DNA of 64,000 nucleotides from Minisyncoccota bacterium (GTDB lineage Bacteria > Patescibacteriota > Minisyncoccia > Phycocordibacterales > UBA5272). The first letter of the stretch is position 1; each line of letters opens with the position of its first letter. The stretch covers positions 18,089 to 82,088 of the forward strand of contig JBAZJW010000003.1 in the NCBI GenBank assembly GCA_041651055.1, given 5' to 3'. The notes under the pieces were generated by a model, which was not told the origin of the DNA, searched no databases, and was given only the letters and a program-made list of their open reading frames with translations. The translations under genes and the position numbers were made by a program. Below are positions 28,726 through 38,242 of this stretch, in pieces.

Positions 28726-29381
28726 TTTAAATACTCTTGTAGAAATCTGACTCTGCTTTCATAATCTTCATCTATGAGAAGCAATGATGAGGGGATCTTT
28801 GAGTTGTCATGGATACAGGCATAGGATTCACGGACCTCTTGGTTAAAGAATTCCTTTAGTTCCATGTTGCGAGCGCACTTCTCATGGATATAGATGCCAT
28901 GAGTGTTGACTCCTTCAATTATGTTTGAGATGATTGGGTAATAACGGCAGATCTCAGGTCTGCAGGAATACACAGAACATCTGGAGTCCTTGGTAAAAGG
29001 ACATGGAGAACACTTCATATTGAATGTGTTGTCACTATCACTCTTCTTCACAGGAGAGATTCTATACAAATACATAAGGCGGGATTCAGTGATACCAAGG
29101 GAATCTGAGAGTCTTATGATGTCTTTGTCAGTCATACCGAGATTGTCGGGAGCAATGCAGCATAGACCACATCCTTTGCATTTGACTTTTGGATCAGTGA
29201 GAAGCTTGTATAAGACCATTGCTATGTAGTGGTCGGTTTGGAATGGGAAAGGAGCGAAGAAGGTTCCATCTATTTGGAGGATAGAATCAAGATAATCTTC
29301 CAGTTGCTCATCTGATATGGTGTGGAGATCGACTGGGGGGAATACTGGTTCTCCTATCTTGCGATTCTGTAGTGCTTTCAT
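28722..29381 (-). CDS. YkgJ-family Cys-cluster (Fe-S/Zn) protein
   Basis: CKGCGLCC...PCPF...CSVYSCRPEICRYYP. Confidence 0.85.
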   Translation of the reverse strand: MKALQNRKIGEPVFPPVDLHTISDEQLEDYLDSILQIDGTFFAPFPFQTDHYIAMVLYKLLTDPKVKCKGCGLCCIAPDNLGMTDKDIIRLSDSLGITESRLMYLYRISPVKKSDSDNTFNMKCSPCPFTKDSRCSVYSCRPEICRYYPIISNIIEGVNTHGIYIHEKCARNMELKEFFNQEVRESYACIHDNSKIPSSLLLIDEDYESRVRFLQEYLK

Positions 29382-29776
29382 TTTTGTCTTGATGTCTCTA
29401 CAAGTTTTATCAATTCAGGATTCTCATAGATATTACCAAGGATAGTTAATTTATCTCCAGGTCTTGCCAGATTAGCCATTGGAAACCAGCTACCATATCT
29501 GTAGACTCCGAAGAAGCCAGTTATGTATTTCACTTCAGATAAATAGCAGTAACTTACAATATCATTGGACATCTTTATCTGAAGAATATCCCCTTCAAAT
29601 ATCTTTGAGTCTGTTTTGTCAAGGAAACCTGTGTATTGCATCAGATGGATTTGATTATATCCGATGTAGTGTCCTATATGCTCAAAGAATCGTCTTAATT
29701 CATGTATGTTCTTTTGAGAAGGACATACCATCTCTTTGGTTTTATCATTCCAGTATCTAAAAGTTGGAAGGCTCAT
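29378..29776 (-). CDS. YopX-family phage protein
   Basis: TFRYWND...LMQYTGFLDK...IFEGDI...ILGNIYENPEL. Confidence 0.88.
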   Translation of the reverse strand: MSLPTFRYWNDKTKEMVCPSQKNIHELRRFFEHIGHYIGYNQIHLMQYTGFLDKTDSKIFEGDILQIKMSNDIVSYCYLSEVKYITGFFGVYRYGSWFPMANLARPGDKLTILGNIYENPELIKLVETSRQK

Positions 29777-29964
29777 TTCATATACCTCGCTTTATTGACT
29801 TCATTTGTGAGTATTTCTGTTGTGGAACGAAGAGAGTTCACAAGAGAGTCGAGGGTTTCGATGTCTTGAGAACTTATTAATTCAGAGATAGTGGATCTCT
29901 TATTCTTTATCCTTATGAATAGTTCACTGTTAGGATATACTGTAATGCTTGTTGTGTGGTTCAT
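29773..29964 (-). CDS. Hypothetical protein
   Basis: ATGA-coupled. Confidence 0.5.
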   Translation of the reverse strand: MNHTTSITVYPNSELFIRIKNKRSTISELISSQDIETLDSLVNSLRSTTEILTNEVNKARYMK

Positions 29965-30563
29965 TGTTCAGAGTAAATTTCATCAAGTGTTTTCAACTGT
30001 TGATTGATGCTGAATTTAGTGTCTTTGAAGTGTTTCTTTAATACTGCATACTGGGTTGGATTCATTCTTCCGTCAAGTGTCAGGATTGTGTGTTCACATA
30101 TTCTTCTAATAACTATCCATCCTCTCTTCATCAAGTAATCAGTATCATTGCGCTCTTCAGTATCTGGATTGGTGTATTCTATGTATGAGTTGATGAATAT
30201 TCTATGATCTCCATAAGGGACGTTGTACCATTCACCAGATGGGGGCATCAGTACTTCTTCATTTCTTTCATCAGTGCAGGAAGCTATCTGAGCAGTCCAC
30301 AGGTAAGGACCAACTTGAGCTATCTCACGAACCAGTGCTCTCTTGTATTGTTCTCCGAATTTGGGATTAGAAGCTAAGACAGCAGCAGTTACGTTTCCAT
30401 CTAAGAATCCATATAATCTATCTGCAGGCTTGGAATCCTTCGCATAACAAGGGAGATCTATGTTAAAGCCTCCAAAGCAACACTTATTAGATAGACAATA
30501 CTTGCATGATTTATCTTCACAAATCCCTTGACACTTAGTTGCTCTTTTCATCTTATTCACCAT
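29961..30563 (-). CDS. Hypothetical protein with Cys-rich N-terminus
   Basis: LMPPSGEWYNVPYGDH...YLMKRGWIVIR motif. Confidence 0.6.
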   Translation of the reverse strand: MVNKMKRATKCQGICEDKSCKYCLSNKCCFGGFNIDLPCYAKDSKPADRLYGFLDGNVTAAVLASNPKFGEQYKRALVREIAQVGPYLWTAQIASCTDERNEEVLMPPSGEWYNVPYGDHRIFINSYIEYTNPDTEERNDTDYLMKRGWIVIRRICEHTILTLDGRMNPTQYAVLKKHFKDTKFSINQQLKTLDEIYSEQ

Positions 30564-30831
30564 TCAATTGCTTTCCTGCTAGTTTGATCAATGCTTTCAC
30601 TGTTCTTCCTTTGTTGTCTAAGATGTGTTCGTCAACCCACATGGCAGTGAATAGCTTGATGTTCAATGCTTCCATAGGAGGGAGAGAACCGCTTTCGATC
30701 TTGGCTGCTATGTCCTTGAATGTTTGGATGTAGGATTGGTCCATGTTATTTGTTGGAGTATTCAAGAAGTTCTGTATATAAGACAACAAAGGATATGATA
30801 ACACAGTATAGGAATGTGTTGAATTCTCCAT
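30553..30831 (-). CDS. Hypothetical protein (start possibly internal MDQS)
   Basis: Co-oriented ORF. Confidence 0.45.
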   Translation of the reverse strand: MENSTHSYTVLSYPLLSYIQNFLNTPTNNMDQSYIQTFKDIAAKIESGSLPPMEALNIKLFTAMWVDEHILDNKGRTVKALIKLAGKQLNGE

Positions 30832-30928
30832 ATGTTGTTAGAGAGATTTGCATCATTCCCACTATAAGATAACTCCATATAATTGATAGTATGAATGATA
30901 TGATGAGACAGGAGAGTTTGTGTTTCAT
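30746..30928 (-). CDS. Small membrane protein
   Basis: Two hydrophobic segments; stop abuts the internal ATG of the next gene. Confidence 0.5.
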   Translation of the reverse strand: MKHKLSCLIISFILSIIWSYLIVGMMQISLTTYGEFNTFLYCVIISFVVLYTELLEYSNK

Positions 30929-31067
30929 CTTAATTGGCGAATTTTTAATTCCTTTAGTATTTCATCAGCAAAATCTTTATCACTTTGATCATTGGATTTT
31001 CTAGTTTCATTTAATAATACAATCAAATCCATGTCGCTCAATTCTTTAAGGTAAGGAAATTCCATTT

Positions 31068-31349
31068 TTATACTAATCTATTTAGTAAGAAATCCAATCC
31101 ATATGAAGCTACTCTTATTATATCTTTTACATCTGTAAGAGGTTTATATTTTCCATCTTTAAAATCAGTTAATTGAAGAAAACAAGATTCGCTTTTCATT
31201 GTAGATTTTCTAACAAGAGTCATTTTGATGCCATTTCCTGTTGGTAGAAAATCGAGAATCAGATCCTCATTTAAAGAATCAGGAAGGTTTTTATCTTTCA
31301 ATTGCTTCTTCAACCATTCTTTAATTAAAGATTCTTTTGTGGTTGTCAT
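31068..31349 (-). CDS. Hypothetical protein
   Basis: ATGA-coupled. Confidence 0.55.
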   Translation of the reverse strand: MTTTKESLIKEWLKKQLKDKNLPDSLNEDLILDFLPTGNGIKMTLVRKSTMKSESCFLQLTDFKDGKYKPLTDVKDIIRVASYGLDFLLNRLV

Positions 31350-31768
31350 GGTCCTTTGTATTCTGTCAACGCTTTCATGAATGGTTCTTTTAAATAATTT
31401 GAACCAACAGAAACAATGCCTTCAGAGTCAAGTTTGTCAAGCCAAGATTCTAAAAATTCATCCCATAGTCTTTCACGCTTTATGTAGTCAGTTGCTTTGA
31501 TGTCTTTGTTGTAGTATAGGAGTTCACCTATTTCGATCTCTGATATAGGGAGAGAAGGTTCAAATGGGATATCATCATGGTCTCGCATCACCTGAGTGGA
31601 TCTGTATTGAGAAAGGATGGAGAATGATTTGATGCTGAACTTGGCTCTCTGTCCATTCTCATCTGTGAGTTCAATAGAAGAGAATTGGCGGAACTCATGT
31701 GTCTTTTTGCAGTCAAGAATTTGATTTAAATACTTTGATTTGATTGTGGCTTGTAGTTCCATTTTCAT
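31346..31768 (-). CDS. ASCH/PUA-like domain protein
   Basis: ATIKSKYLNQILDCKKTHEFR resembles the ASCH GxKxxExR motif. Confidence 0.6.
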   Translation of the reverse strand: MKMELQATIKSKYLNQILDCKKTHEFRQFSSIELTDENGQRAKFSIKSFSILSQYRSTQVMRDHDDIPFEPSLPISEIEIGELLYYNKDIKATDYIKRERLWDEFLESWLDKLDSEGIVSVGSNYLKEPFMKALTEYKGP

Positions 31769-32160
31769 AGTTCTCTTGAATATCTATATAAACATCCATG
31801 GGATGTTTTAATAACAAAATCAAATATTAATATCTTATGCTCTAGAGCAGTTAGGGGATCTGAAGATTCAAACAGTTGATAATCAATAACCTTTGCAATT
31901 TTTATTTCATCAGGAAATGGAGGTTCAGTAATATAAATTTCTCTCTCAAACCGTTCACTTATAGGTATCTCATTGTACTCTTTTTCAGAATTATATAAGA
32001 GTAAAGAAATATTATGTATAGCTTCAATACTCTGTTTTTCCTCAGAAAGATCATTTAAATAGTTAAGAGTATATCTATAATTATTTACTTCTTTTAAATG
32101 TTTTTGATAGTATCGTTCATAAACATCAACTGGATTTATCTTTTTCATTTTAGATTGCAT
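31765..32160 (-). CDS. Hypothetical protein
   Basis: Coupled ORF. Confidence 0.55.
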   Translation of the reverse strand: MQSKMKKINPVDVYERYYQKHLKEVNNYRYTLNYLNDLSEEKQSIEAIHNISLLLYNSEKEYNEIPISERFEREIYITEPPFPDEIKIAKVIDYQLFESSDPLTALEHKILIFDFVIKTSHGCLYRYSREL

Positions 32161-32407
32161 TAAACTCGTTAACTATCTCCCCAGTCTTAGAATTATAATA
32201 GAACCAATTATTAGTCCAGTTCCAAGGATCACCTGTTTTAGCTATCTCCACATATATTGTCCACCATTCCTTGCTTTTAACTCTACTTGCAGTAAAATAA
32301 GATATCTCAATTATTTCATATCCTCCAGGAACGATCTTTAGAATATCCTTTCTGAAATTCCTGAGAGCATAAGGCTTGAACCAATATAAGTATTTTAAGT
32401 ATTCCAT
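32150..32407 (-). CDS. Hypothetical protein
   Basis: Coupled ORF. Confidence 0.55.
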   Translation of the reverse strand: MEYLKYLYWFKPYALRNFRKDILKIVPGGYEIIEISYFTASRVKSKEWWTIYVEIAKTGDPWNWTNNWFYYNSKTGEIVNEFNAI

Positions 32408-32409
32408 CT

Positions 32410-32622
32410 TTATTCATAGATTAACATGTCAGGATCGCAGGCTTGAGGAGTTGGATTCAGAATGCAGACTCCATCATAACAGTGATAGAATCTTACAAAT
32501 ACATACTTGGAATTGGTGGATGTGATGATACCGCGCTCACAGTCCTTATGCAACTTGTCTCCTTTAGCATGGTGAGGGATGTAGATCACTGAGAGACCTG
32601 GTTCAAAGTCAGATGAGTTCAT
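32410..32622 (-). CDS. Hypothetical phage protein (SH3-like)
   Basis: VIYIP...ERGIITSTNSKYVFVRF...ACDPDML. Confidence 0.6.
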   Translation of the reverse strand: MNSSDFEPGLSVIYIPHHAKGDKLHKDCERGIITSTNSKYVFVRFYHCYDGVCILNPTPQACDPDMLIYE

Positions 32623-32864
32623 TTTGTTTTCTCTAAGACTATAAGCTCTATAAAATCTATATCAGAAGAATGAATCTCTTTAATGTAATACCCATTCAAA
32701 TTAAGATAATCAAGAAGATAGAAACCCCTTAGTATCTTAAGTTCAGAAGGTATCCTTATTATGAAGTGATCTGGATTTATGTAAGATACACTGACTCGTG
32801 GAGTTACACTAAGAGAAGAAATACAAAGTTCTTCCAATCTTTCTATGTGTTCTGCAGTATTCAT
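32619..32864 (-). CDS. Hypothetical protein
   Basis: ATGA-coupled. Confidence 0.5.
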   Translation of the reverse strand: MNTAEHIERLEELCISSLSVTPRVSVSYINPDHFIIRIPSELKILRGFYLLDYLNLNGYYIKEIHSSDIDFIELIVLEKTK

Positions 32865-33130
32865 TTCTTTCTACGGCTCAAAGAGAACTTGGTTACAATG
32901 CCTAAGTTCATGAGCATTGATTGGGAGACATAATGAGGTTGGACAAGTTCTTCAATATCATAAGTTGAGACAATATAATCGTTGATATCGTAGTGATTGT
33001 CAATAACCCACCAATCATCGGAAGTTCCTTGGATGACTCCCATACCATGATTGAGTTTTTCTTTACCGAAAAATATGGATGTTTTCTTTAGCTTTATGAG
33101 ATCCCCTATTTTATACTTTCGCTTTGTCAT
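32861..33130 (-). CDS. Hypothetical protein (start reassigned to MTKRKYKIGD)
   Basis: KYKIGDLIK N-terminal phage motif; removes most of the overlap with the upstream gene. Confidence 0.5.
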   Translation of the reverse strand: MTKRKYKIGDLIKLKKTSIFFGKEKLNHGMGVIQGTSDDWWVIDNHYDINDYIVSTYDIEELVQPHYVSQSMLMNLGIVTKFSLSRRKK

Positions 33131-33371
33131 TTTGCAGTTTTGATTCCAATTGGTTGACACGCTGTTGGAATGCTTTAGATTTACGTTCCAGTGTAGCATA
33201 CTCAAGCATCCTTTTGTTCTTAGCCCATGCAAGCTTAGACTCAAGGATATTGATGTTAGAGTCAAGGTTGGAAATAGAGGTATTGCGTCTTACAATATTG
33301 TTGAATTGTCTCAGAAGGGATTCCCTATCAGCGTCGGAGTTACATGCCTTCAATAATCTATCAAGGTCCAT
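33111..33371 (-). CDS. Hypothetical coiled-coil protein
   Basis: TAATG-coupled to the upstream gene. Confidence 0.55.
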   Translation of the reverse strand: MDLDRLLKACNSDADRESLLRQFNNIVRRNTSISNLDSNINILESKLAWAKNKRMLEYATLERKSKAFQQRVNQLESKLQNDKAKV

Positions 33372-33856
33372 TACTTTTTGAATCCAATATCAGTTGCTAC
33401 TGTGTCCTTTACTTTGTCGTAGGTAGCTTCAAGGAGGAAGTAACCTGCGATGTCTTGGATGGTGTCATAGGTGGATTCATTGGAAACTTCCTGCTGCTTG
33501 TTGGAGAGGGTTGTAAGTCTCATCAGTTTTTCCCATAACCTCATCAATAAGTAATTAGGGCCGAGTATTTTGCGGAGCTTATAGTAGGCTGAACCATAGT
33601 CGGAGTCCTTCTTCCTTACGAGCTCTGCAAGGTCAATGGCCTCGGAGATGAAGGGGTTGTAGTCCATGATGTTTTTGGAGAGCCAAGGGCATACCTTATC
33701 CAGTTCATTCTTGGTTAATCCTGAGTTGTAGGAGAAAGCAGTACCTATGTTTCCATTGGTTTTTAATACAATAACCATACCTGTTCTCCCATCAATCAAT
33801 TCTTGAACATCCCTCTTTATATCCTCTTTAGATACTCTTTTAAATTGTGTGTCCAT
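33371..33856 (-). CDS. DUF1599 / nucleotide-modification-associated (MazG-like fold) protein
   Basis: KKDSDYGSAY...MRLWEKLMRL...ESTYDTIQDIAGYFLL. Confidence 0.75.
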   Translation of the reverse strand: MDTQFKRVSKEDIKRDVQELIDGRTGMVIVLKTNGNIGTAFSYNSGLTKNELDKVCPWLSKNIMDYNPFISEAIDLAELVRKKDSDYGSAYYKLRKILGPNYLLMRLWEKLMRLTTLSNKQQEVSNESTYDTIQDIAGYFLLEATYDKVKDTVATDIGFKK

Positions 33857-33998
33857 TTTTATATTAAGTTACCTAGATTGAAGTGGATCCATAGGGCTCT
33901 ACCAACAAGGAAGAAGAATACAAGGAGCCCAAGTTGAACTAATACAAGCAGAATCCATCCATAGTTAGAAAACCATTCCATTATACTATTCTTAAGGT

Positions 33999-34226
33999 TC
34001 ATTTTAGTTCATCTGCTTTAGAAAACAACTCCTTTATCATCCTTACAATCTCAGCCTTAATTATGTCAGGCAGGTCTACTATTTGCTCGACAACAGGTGC
34101 TGCGATTATCATTGCCCTGCTTAAAAGTAACCCATCTGTAGGTTTTTTATATACAATTGTTATTTGTATCTCTCCTTTCTTTAGAAAAGATTCAACTAAT
34201 TTGTTCTTGTTATTATTTGAGTTCAT
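33999..34226 (-). CDS. Hypothetical protein
   Basis: Co-oriented ORF. Confidence 0.5.
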   Translation of the reverse strand: MNSNNNKNKLVESFLKKGEIQITIVYKKPTDGLLLSRAMIIAAPVVEQIVDLPDIIKAEIVRMIKELFSKADELK

Positions 34227-34251
34227 TTTAATTTGAAATTAGTGTAAGTAT

Positions 34252-34671
34252 TTATGAGAGCTTCCTTATATACTTACGCTTTAATATCTGAATCCAGCTT
34301 AACTCATAACATTCGACTCCAGATGGGAATCTGTTAGCTCGCTTGTGTTCTCCTTTTATCATGCCATCCACCTCTCTCCAGGATAATATCAATGGCATTC
34401 TTATCCTGGGAGATTGGAGGGATTTACCTATGAAAATATAATAGAAGGTGTCTGGGTGTTTGATGTTGTTGTGGGTGTTGGCATTGATCTTGACCTTGCC
34501 TACCTGCTTTCTTTTTGTTCCAGTGTAAAAGTAAAATGATTTGATTTCGATCTTGAATTTACCAAGATCGATGTCATGGTCGTCAAATTCAGAGGTAAGA
34601 GTACCGCGAAGCATGGCACCAATGAACTGCTCTATCTCAGTGCCTTCTGCTTTGTTATCTTTGATTGTCAT
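34252..34671 (-). CDS. Putative PD-(D/E)XK endonuclease
   Basis: G.E.E ... HDIDL..FKIEIKS. Confidence 0.45.
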   Translation of the reverse strand: MTIKDNKAEGTEIEQFIGAMLRGTLTSEFDDHDIDLGKFKIEIKSFYFYTGTKRKQVGKVKINANTHNNIKHPDTFYYIFIGKSLQSPRIRMPLILSWREVDGMIKGEHKRANRFPSGVECYELSWIQILKRKYIRKLS

Positions 34672-34848
34672 CCTCTCTCTTTGTACTTTACACGCAGTCT
34701 ATTAGCAGCTAGACATATTGCTTCATCTAAATCATTTTTAGAATCAAGTAATTCCTTCTGAAGTTCTTCTATGATCTCTTCTTTGCGTAACAACTCAGCC
34801 TTTAAATCAGCTATCAATTGTTCAGTAGGTGTTAGAGATGCCATTGTA

Positions 34849-35151
34849 TTAGATTATCTTGTGGAAATATAGGTCAATTAAGTCAATGAGAGATACTTGA
34901 ATTGATCCTCCTTCATCGTACCTAATCAAGTTGTCAAATAGAAAACTTAGAGGATGAGTGTTGTCATCTTCACATTCAATACTGTACTGCTCTCCAAGTT
35001 CTACAAGTTTGTTATTCCAGGATTTAAGACCATCACGCACTTCTTCCAGTAATTGGATGCGGTCAGAGTAATTAAGATCATATATGGTTGGTTGTTCAAA
35101 TCCAAGCTCAAGTAGTTTCTCAAGAACCTCATCCAATGTTTTAGAGTCCAT
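34849..35151 (-). CDS. Hypothetical protein
   Basis: Co-oriented ORF. Confidence 0.5.
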   Translation of the reverse strand: MDSKTLDEVLEKLLELGFEQPTIYDLNYSDRIQLLEEVRDGLKSWNNKLVELGEQYSIECEDDNTHPLSFLFDNLIRYDEGGSIQVSLIDLIDLYFHKII

Positions 35152-35170
35152 TGTTCATGCATTTATGGAA

Positions 35171-35431
35171 TCATTTGTATACTAGGAATCTTATGATCCT
35201 AATAAAAAGACCAAACAGGATGCTATGTAATACTAATTTAAGGATGCTAGTGTAGTGATAAATATTAAAAATAGATAGGACAAGAAGAAAGATAAGGCCG
35301 AAGAATGAGTAAATTGTGATAACAAACAGGAAGATAAGAAGAATTATAAGACAAAGTAAAAGCCCAATTGCAGATCCAATTATAGTAGTTGCCAATATAT
35401 CAGATAATGTTTCCTTGGTTGTGTCGTCCAT
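35171..35431 (-). CDS. Membrane protein
   Basis: Mostly hydrophobic. Confidence 0.55.
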   Translation of the reverse strand: MDDTTKETLSDILATTIIGSAIGLLLCLIILLIFLFVITIYSFFGLIFLLVLSIFNIYHYTSILKLVLHSILFGLFIRIIRFLVYK

Positions 35432-35465
35432 TTTGATTTTATTTGATCAATTGATTGTATGATTC

Positions 35466-35918
35466 CTACAAAAGTCCAATCTTATCCAACTGTTGTCTAT
35501 TTAATCTTGCGGTTGCTTTAGTATTATTGAAAGCCTTCTGTAATTTCTTCAATACCAGGATGGATGAATGAAGGGGTCTTTTTCCATTAAACTTAAAATC
35601 ATTACAAATAGATCTGGAATGACTGCTAATTGGAAATTTTGGATTCTTAAGAAGAAGCAAGTATAAGAGAGAACCGCACAATAAGTTCTTACCACCTGAA
35701 AACTTTATCGACCTACACTCACCAGATGTTAATAGATTAAAAAGATCAGAACGATAAGAAGAATATTTAGACGGAAGGAAGTTATCAAGGTAAGTATTAA
35801 CAAGAGCAGTCCTTCTACGATTACTTAAGGCTACCATATATCCTTTCTTACGCTCAGGATTATTACGACACCACTCCTTAAGATAAGCATTCAATTCTTC
35901 CCTAGACTTAGGAGCCAT
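35466..35918 (-). CDS. Basic hypothetical protein
   Basis: Preceded by an archaeal-type TATA box. Confidence 0.55.
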   Translation of the reverse strand: MAPKSREELNAYLKEWCRNNPERKKGYMVALSNRRRTALVNTYLDNFLPSKYSSYRSDLFNLLTSGECRSIKFSGGKNLLCGSLLYLLLLKNPKFPISSHSRSICNDFKFNGKRPLHSSILVLKKLQKAFNNTKATARLNRQQLDKIGLL

Positions 35919-35937
35919 AATATTAGATTTAGAAACT

Positions 35938-35955
35938 AAAGTATAAATAGATAAG
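35938..35955 (-). promoter_or_regulatory. Archaeal-type TATA box, leaderless transcript
   Basis: TTTATA ~24-29 nt upstream of the ATG at 35918; no RBS. Confidence 0.45.
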
Positions 35956-36419
35956 CAGTATTTATAGTTGAAAGAGTATGATAATATTAGAGGAATCCTG
36001 CAAAGCCTCGTGTCGGTTATAACATTGGTAGGTTATAAAATTGGGTCACTGGCTAGTTCCTTGTGTTCATCTAGTCCAGTGATCCTCATATTAGAATCAA
36101 GCATATATAAAATCAATCATATCTGTTTGTTTTTTCAATAAGGGATTCAAGCCTTAGAAGTTTGAAATCAATAGTCCTCTGGATATCTTTGAATACGTTG
36201 CGATCTGGATTGATAGCGCATAATATCGTGGTGCTGATTCACGAAATGCACGAACTAGGGATAAAGCCAGATTTTAAAAATATATCATTATAATGTACTA
36301 TTTTTTATAAAAACATATTGATTTATTAACCCTTGTGTGCTATAATATATTTGTTTGATACCCGCTATCGTTACTGTAACAGTGATGATAGGCTTAGATT
36401 ACCGTTACATCTGTATATA

Positions 36420-36755
36420 ATGGCTTCTAGTGACAAAGTTGCTATATTTATTGATTCGGGCTATTTTAACAAAGCCTTAGAGGAATTTGCCGAAGAGGTA
36501 AATGGTAGGAGGAAGTTACCTAGGATAGATTTTGGTAAAATCGGATCTGTCTTAGCAGAAATAGTAAACGCTGATTTATTTAGGGTATATTTTTATGATT
36601 GCCGCCCATTTCAAAGCAGCCCGCCAACACCCGAAGAAAGCACTAAATTTGCTTTAAATGACCGATTTCTCAAAGCACTAACTCGTATTCCTCGTTTTGT
36701 TGTTCGTGAAGGAAGACTTAATCGTTATACCGTAGTATGCAAGAAATGTAATAGG
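36420..36755 (+). pseudogene. NYN (PIN-like) ribonuclease, N-terminal half, interrupted
   Basis: VAIFIDSGYF, RIDF, LFRVYFYD, FVVREGRL, ending CKKCN; C-terminal half at 41629..41913. Confidence 0.85.
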
Positions 36756-36955
36756 GCAGGGTGCCGGTTGTCTTCGGGTATAATATTTACTGCATGCTGG
36801 GCCGTAAGACCGGGAAGTTGCTTGCCCATAATGGGTTGTATGTTAAGAGTTTAAGCGTCGGATGGGCCGAATTAAAGAGGGATTTCTCCGGGTACGCAGT
36901 CAACGGGACTGCCTTGAATGCATCGCTGGATACGGGTAAGTCTTCCGTACAATAG
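36755..36955 (+). pseudogene. C-terminal fragment of a rhodanese-like protein
   Basis: PVVFGYNIYCMLGRKTGKLLAHNGLYVKSLSVGWAEL resembles a rhodanese C-half; in-frame TAG immediately upstream at the junction. Confidence 0.5.
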
Positions 36956-36979
36956 AAGTTTTTGTGGGTATTCGTCCTC

Positions 36980-37660
36980 AGGCAGTTATAGTCGAGGGCA
37001 AAAGTTGTCCACAGACATGCCCTTAAGGGCAACTAGCCTTTTTTTAAAAATCAGATTACGTGCCCTCGAATAGATTCGCGGCCGATAGCAGTCTAAATGC
37101 ATTTAAGGCATTTGCCTTTTTGCACAATTTATGGCCACGATTATGTCCAAATCAGCGTTTTTAAGCTCTTTTGTATCATTATCCGGTTTGCCTTAGGCTG
37201 TGGGTTCTTTCCGCCTTGCAGCAGCCGAGGTCATATTATAGTGCAGGAGATAACTTTCCTGCGCCCGTCGAGCGCATGCCTGTCAGGCGGAAAATTTGTG
37301 CCTAGAGGCACATGCCCCTTGAGGGCAAAGTCCCTTTATCTCCCTGCACTTGTTTCAAGGGCCAAAATCTTAGGGGTATTCTGGTCCTCGACTATAGTTC
37401 TTCAGGTCTTTTGCCTGCCTATTTTACAACAGTTTTCCGGCATTTAGGGATTGAATAATCGTGGAGGGATAACTTTTCCCTCCTTAAGGCATTCCCTGCG
37501 AGCATCCCGAGTTTTTCGTGAAAGACCTTTGTTCTCCCGCGCTGGTTTCCAGTAGGCGGACTTGCCTGGAAGGCGTTCCTCTTTAAAGGCGCGAAAATTT
37601 AATCCTTGACTAAGTGTTTTCCCTGTCTGCTCGGGGTCTGCTTCGAACACTTTTTTTCTA
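36980..37660. ncRNA. Candidate large structured RNA / palindrome-rich non-coding element
   Basis: Long-range helices 36987-36997/37386-37396, 37240-37253/37336-37350, 37208-37216/37285-37293 and 37404-37411/37521-37528, plus several local hairpins. Confidence 0.5.
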
Positions 37661-37781
37661 TGCCGATGAGCCGCATATTTTCCAGGGAACCTACAGAAAA
37701 AAATTTGTTAGACGCAACATATCTTTTATTATAAATATATTCCAGTAAACATGATATAAGGACATAGTCTTATATAGTAAC

Positions 37782-38228
37782 GTGACATTACTTTATTTTG
37801 CCTATGGCGCGAATATGAACCACAAGCACATGAAAGACGCGTGCTCTCAGAGCAGGTTCTTGAAGAGGGCTTTTCTGGAGGATCATAAGATAATATACGA
37901 CGGGTACTCGGATTACATGAGAAGAAGAGCAAGGGCCAATGTCATCAGCTCTGAGGGCAGTGTCGTGTGGGGCGGCCTGTATGAGATAAGCGAGACGGAC
38001 CTTGTATCGCTGGACGTATCGGAGTACGCGCCTAACTCATTCGACCGGAAGACAACCGTCGTCAAAGACGAGGACGGGAAGACATATGAGGTCATCGTCT
38101 ACCGCAGGGAAAAAAGGGAGTTGTGCGCGCCTTCTACGGAGTACAGGCAGACCATAATACAGGGAGCAAAAGACTGCAACCTCCCCCAGGGATATATAAG
38201 GGGGATAAGTTATAGAGTAAGCGGATGA
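37782..38228 (+). CDS. Gamma-glutamylcyclotransferase (GGCT/AIG2-like)
   Basis: LLYFAYGANMN, VWGGLYEI...LDVSE, PSTEYRQTIIQGA...LPQGYI. Confidence 0.88.
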   Translation: MTLLYFAYGANMNHKHMKDACSQSRFLKRAFLEDHKIIYDGYSDYMRRRARANVISSEGSVVWGGLYEISETDLVSLDVSEYAPNSFDRKTTVVKDEDGKTYEVIVYRREKRELCAPSTEYRQTIIQGAKDCNLPQGYIRGISYRVSG

Positions 38229-38242
38229 TTATCAAAATCTGA

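Noticed and set aside
36043-36085. GGGTCACTGG...CCAGTGATCC hairpin as a novel RNA
   Set aside because: A single isolated hairpin; not enough evidence beyond a possible terminator or operator.
36333-36854. ORF-track 173-aa protein as a complete gene
   Set aside because: The TTG start extension is spurious, and the sequence after CKKCN is read-through into the insert.
37540-37600. RNase P RNA (minus-strand GAGGAA / AAGTCCGCC resemblance)
   Set aside because: The motifs are not contiguous and no matching 3' P4 strand was found.
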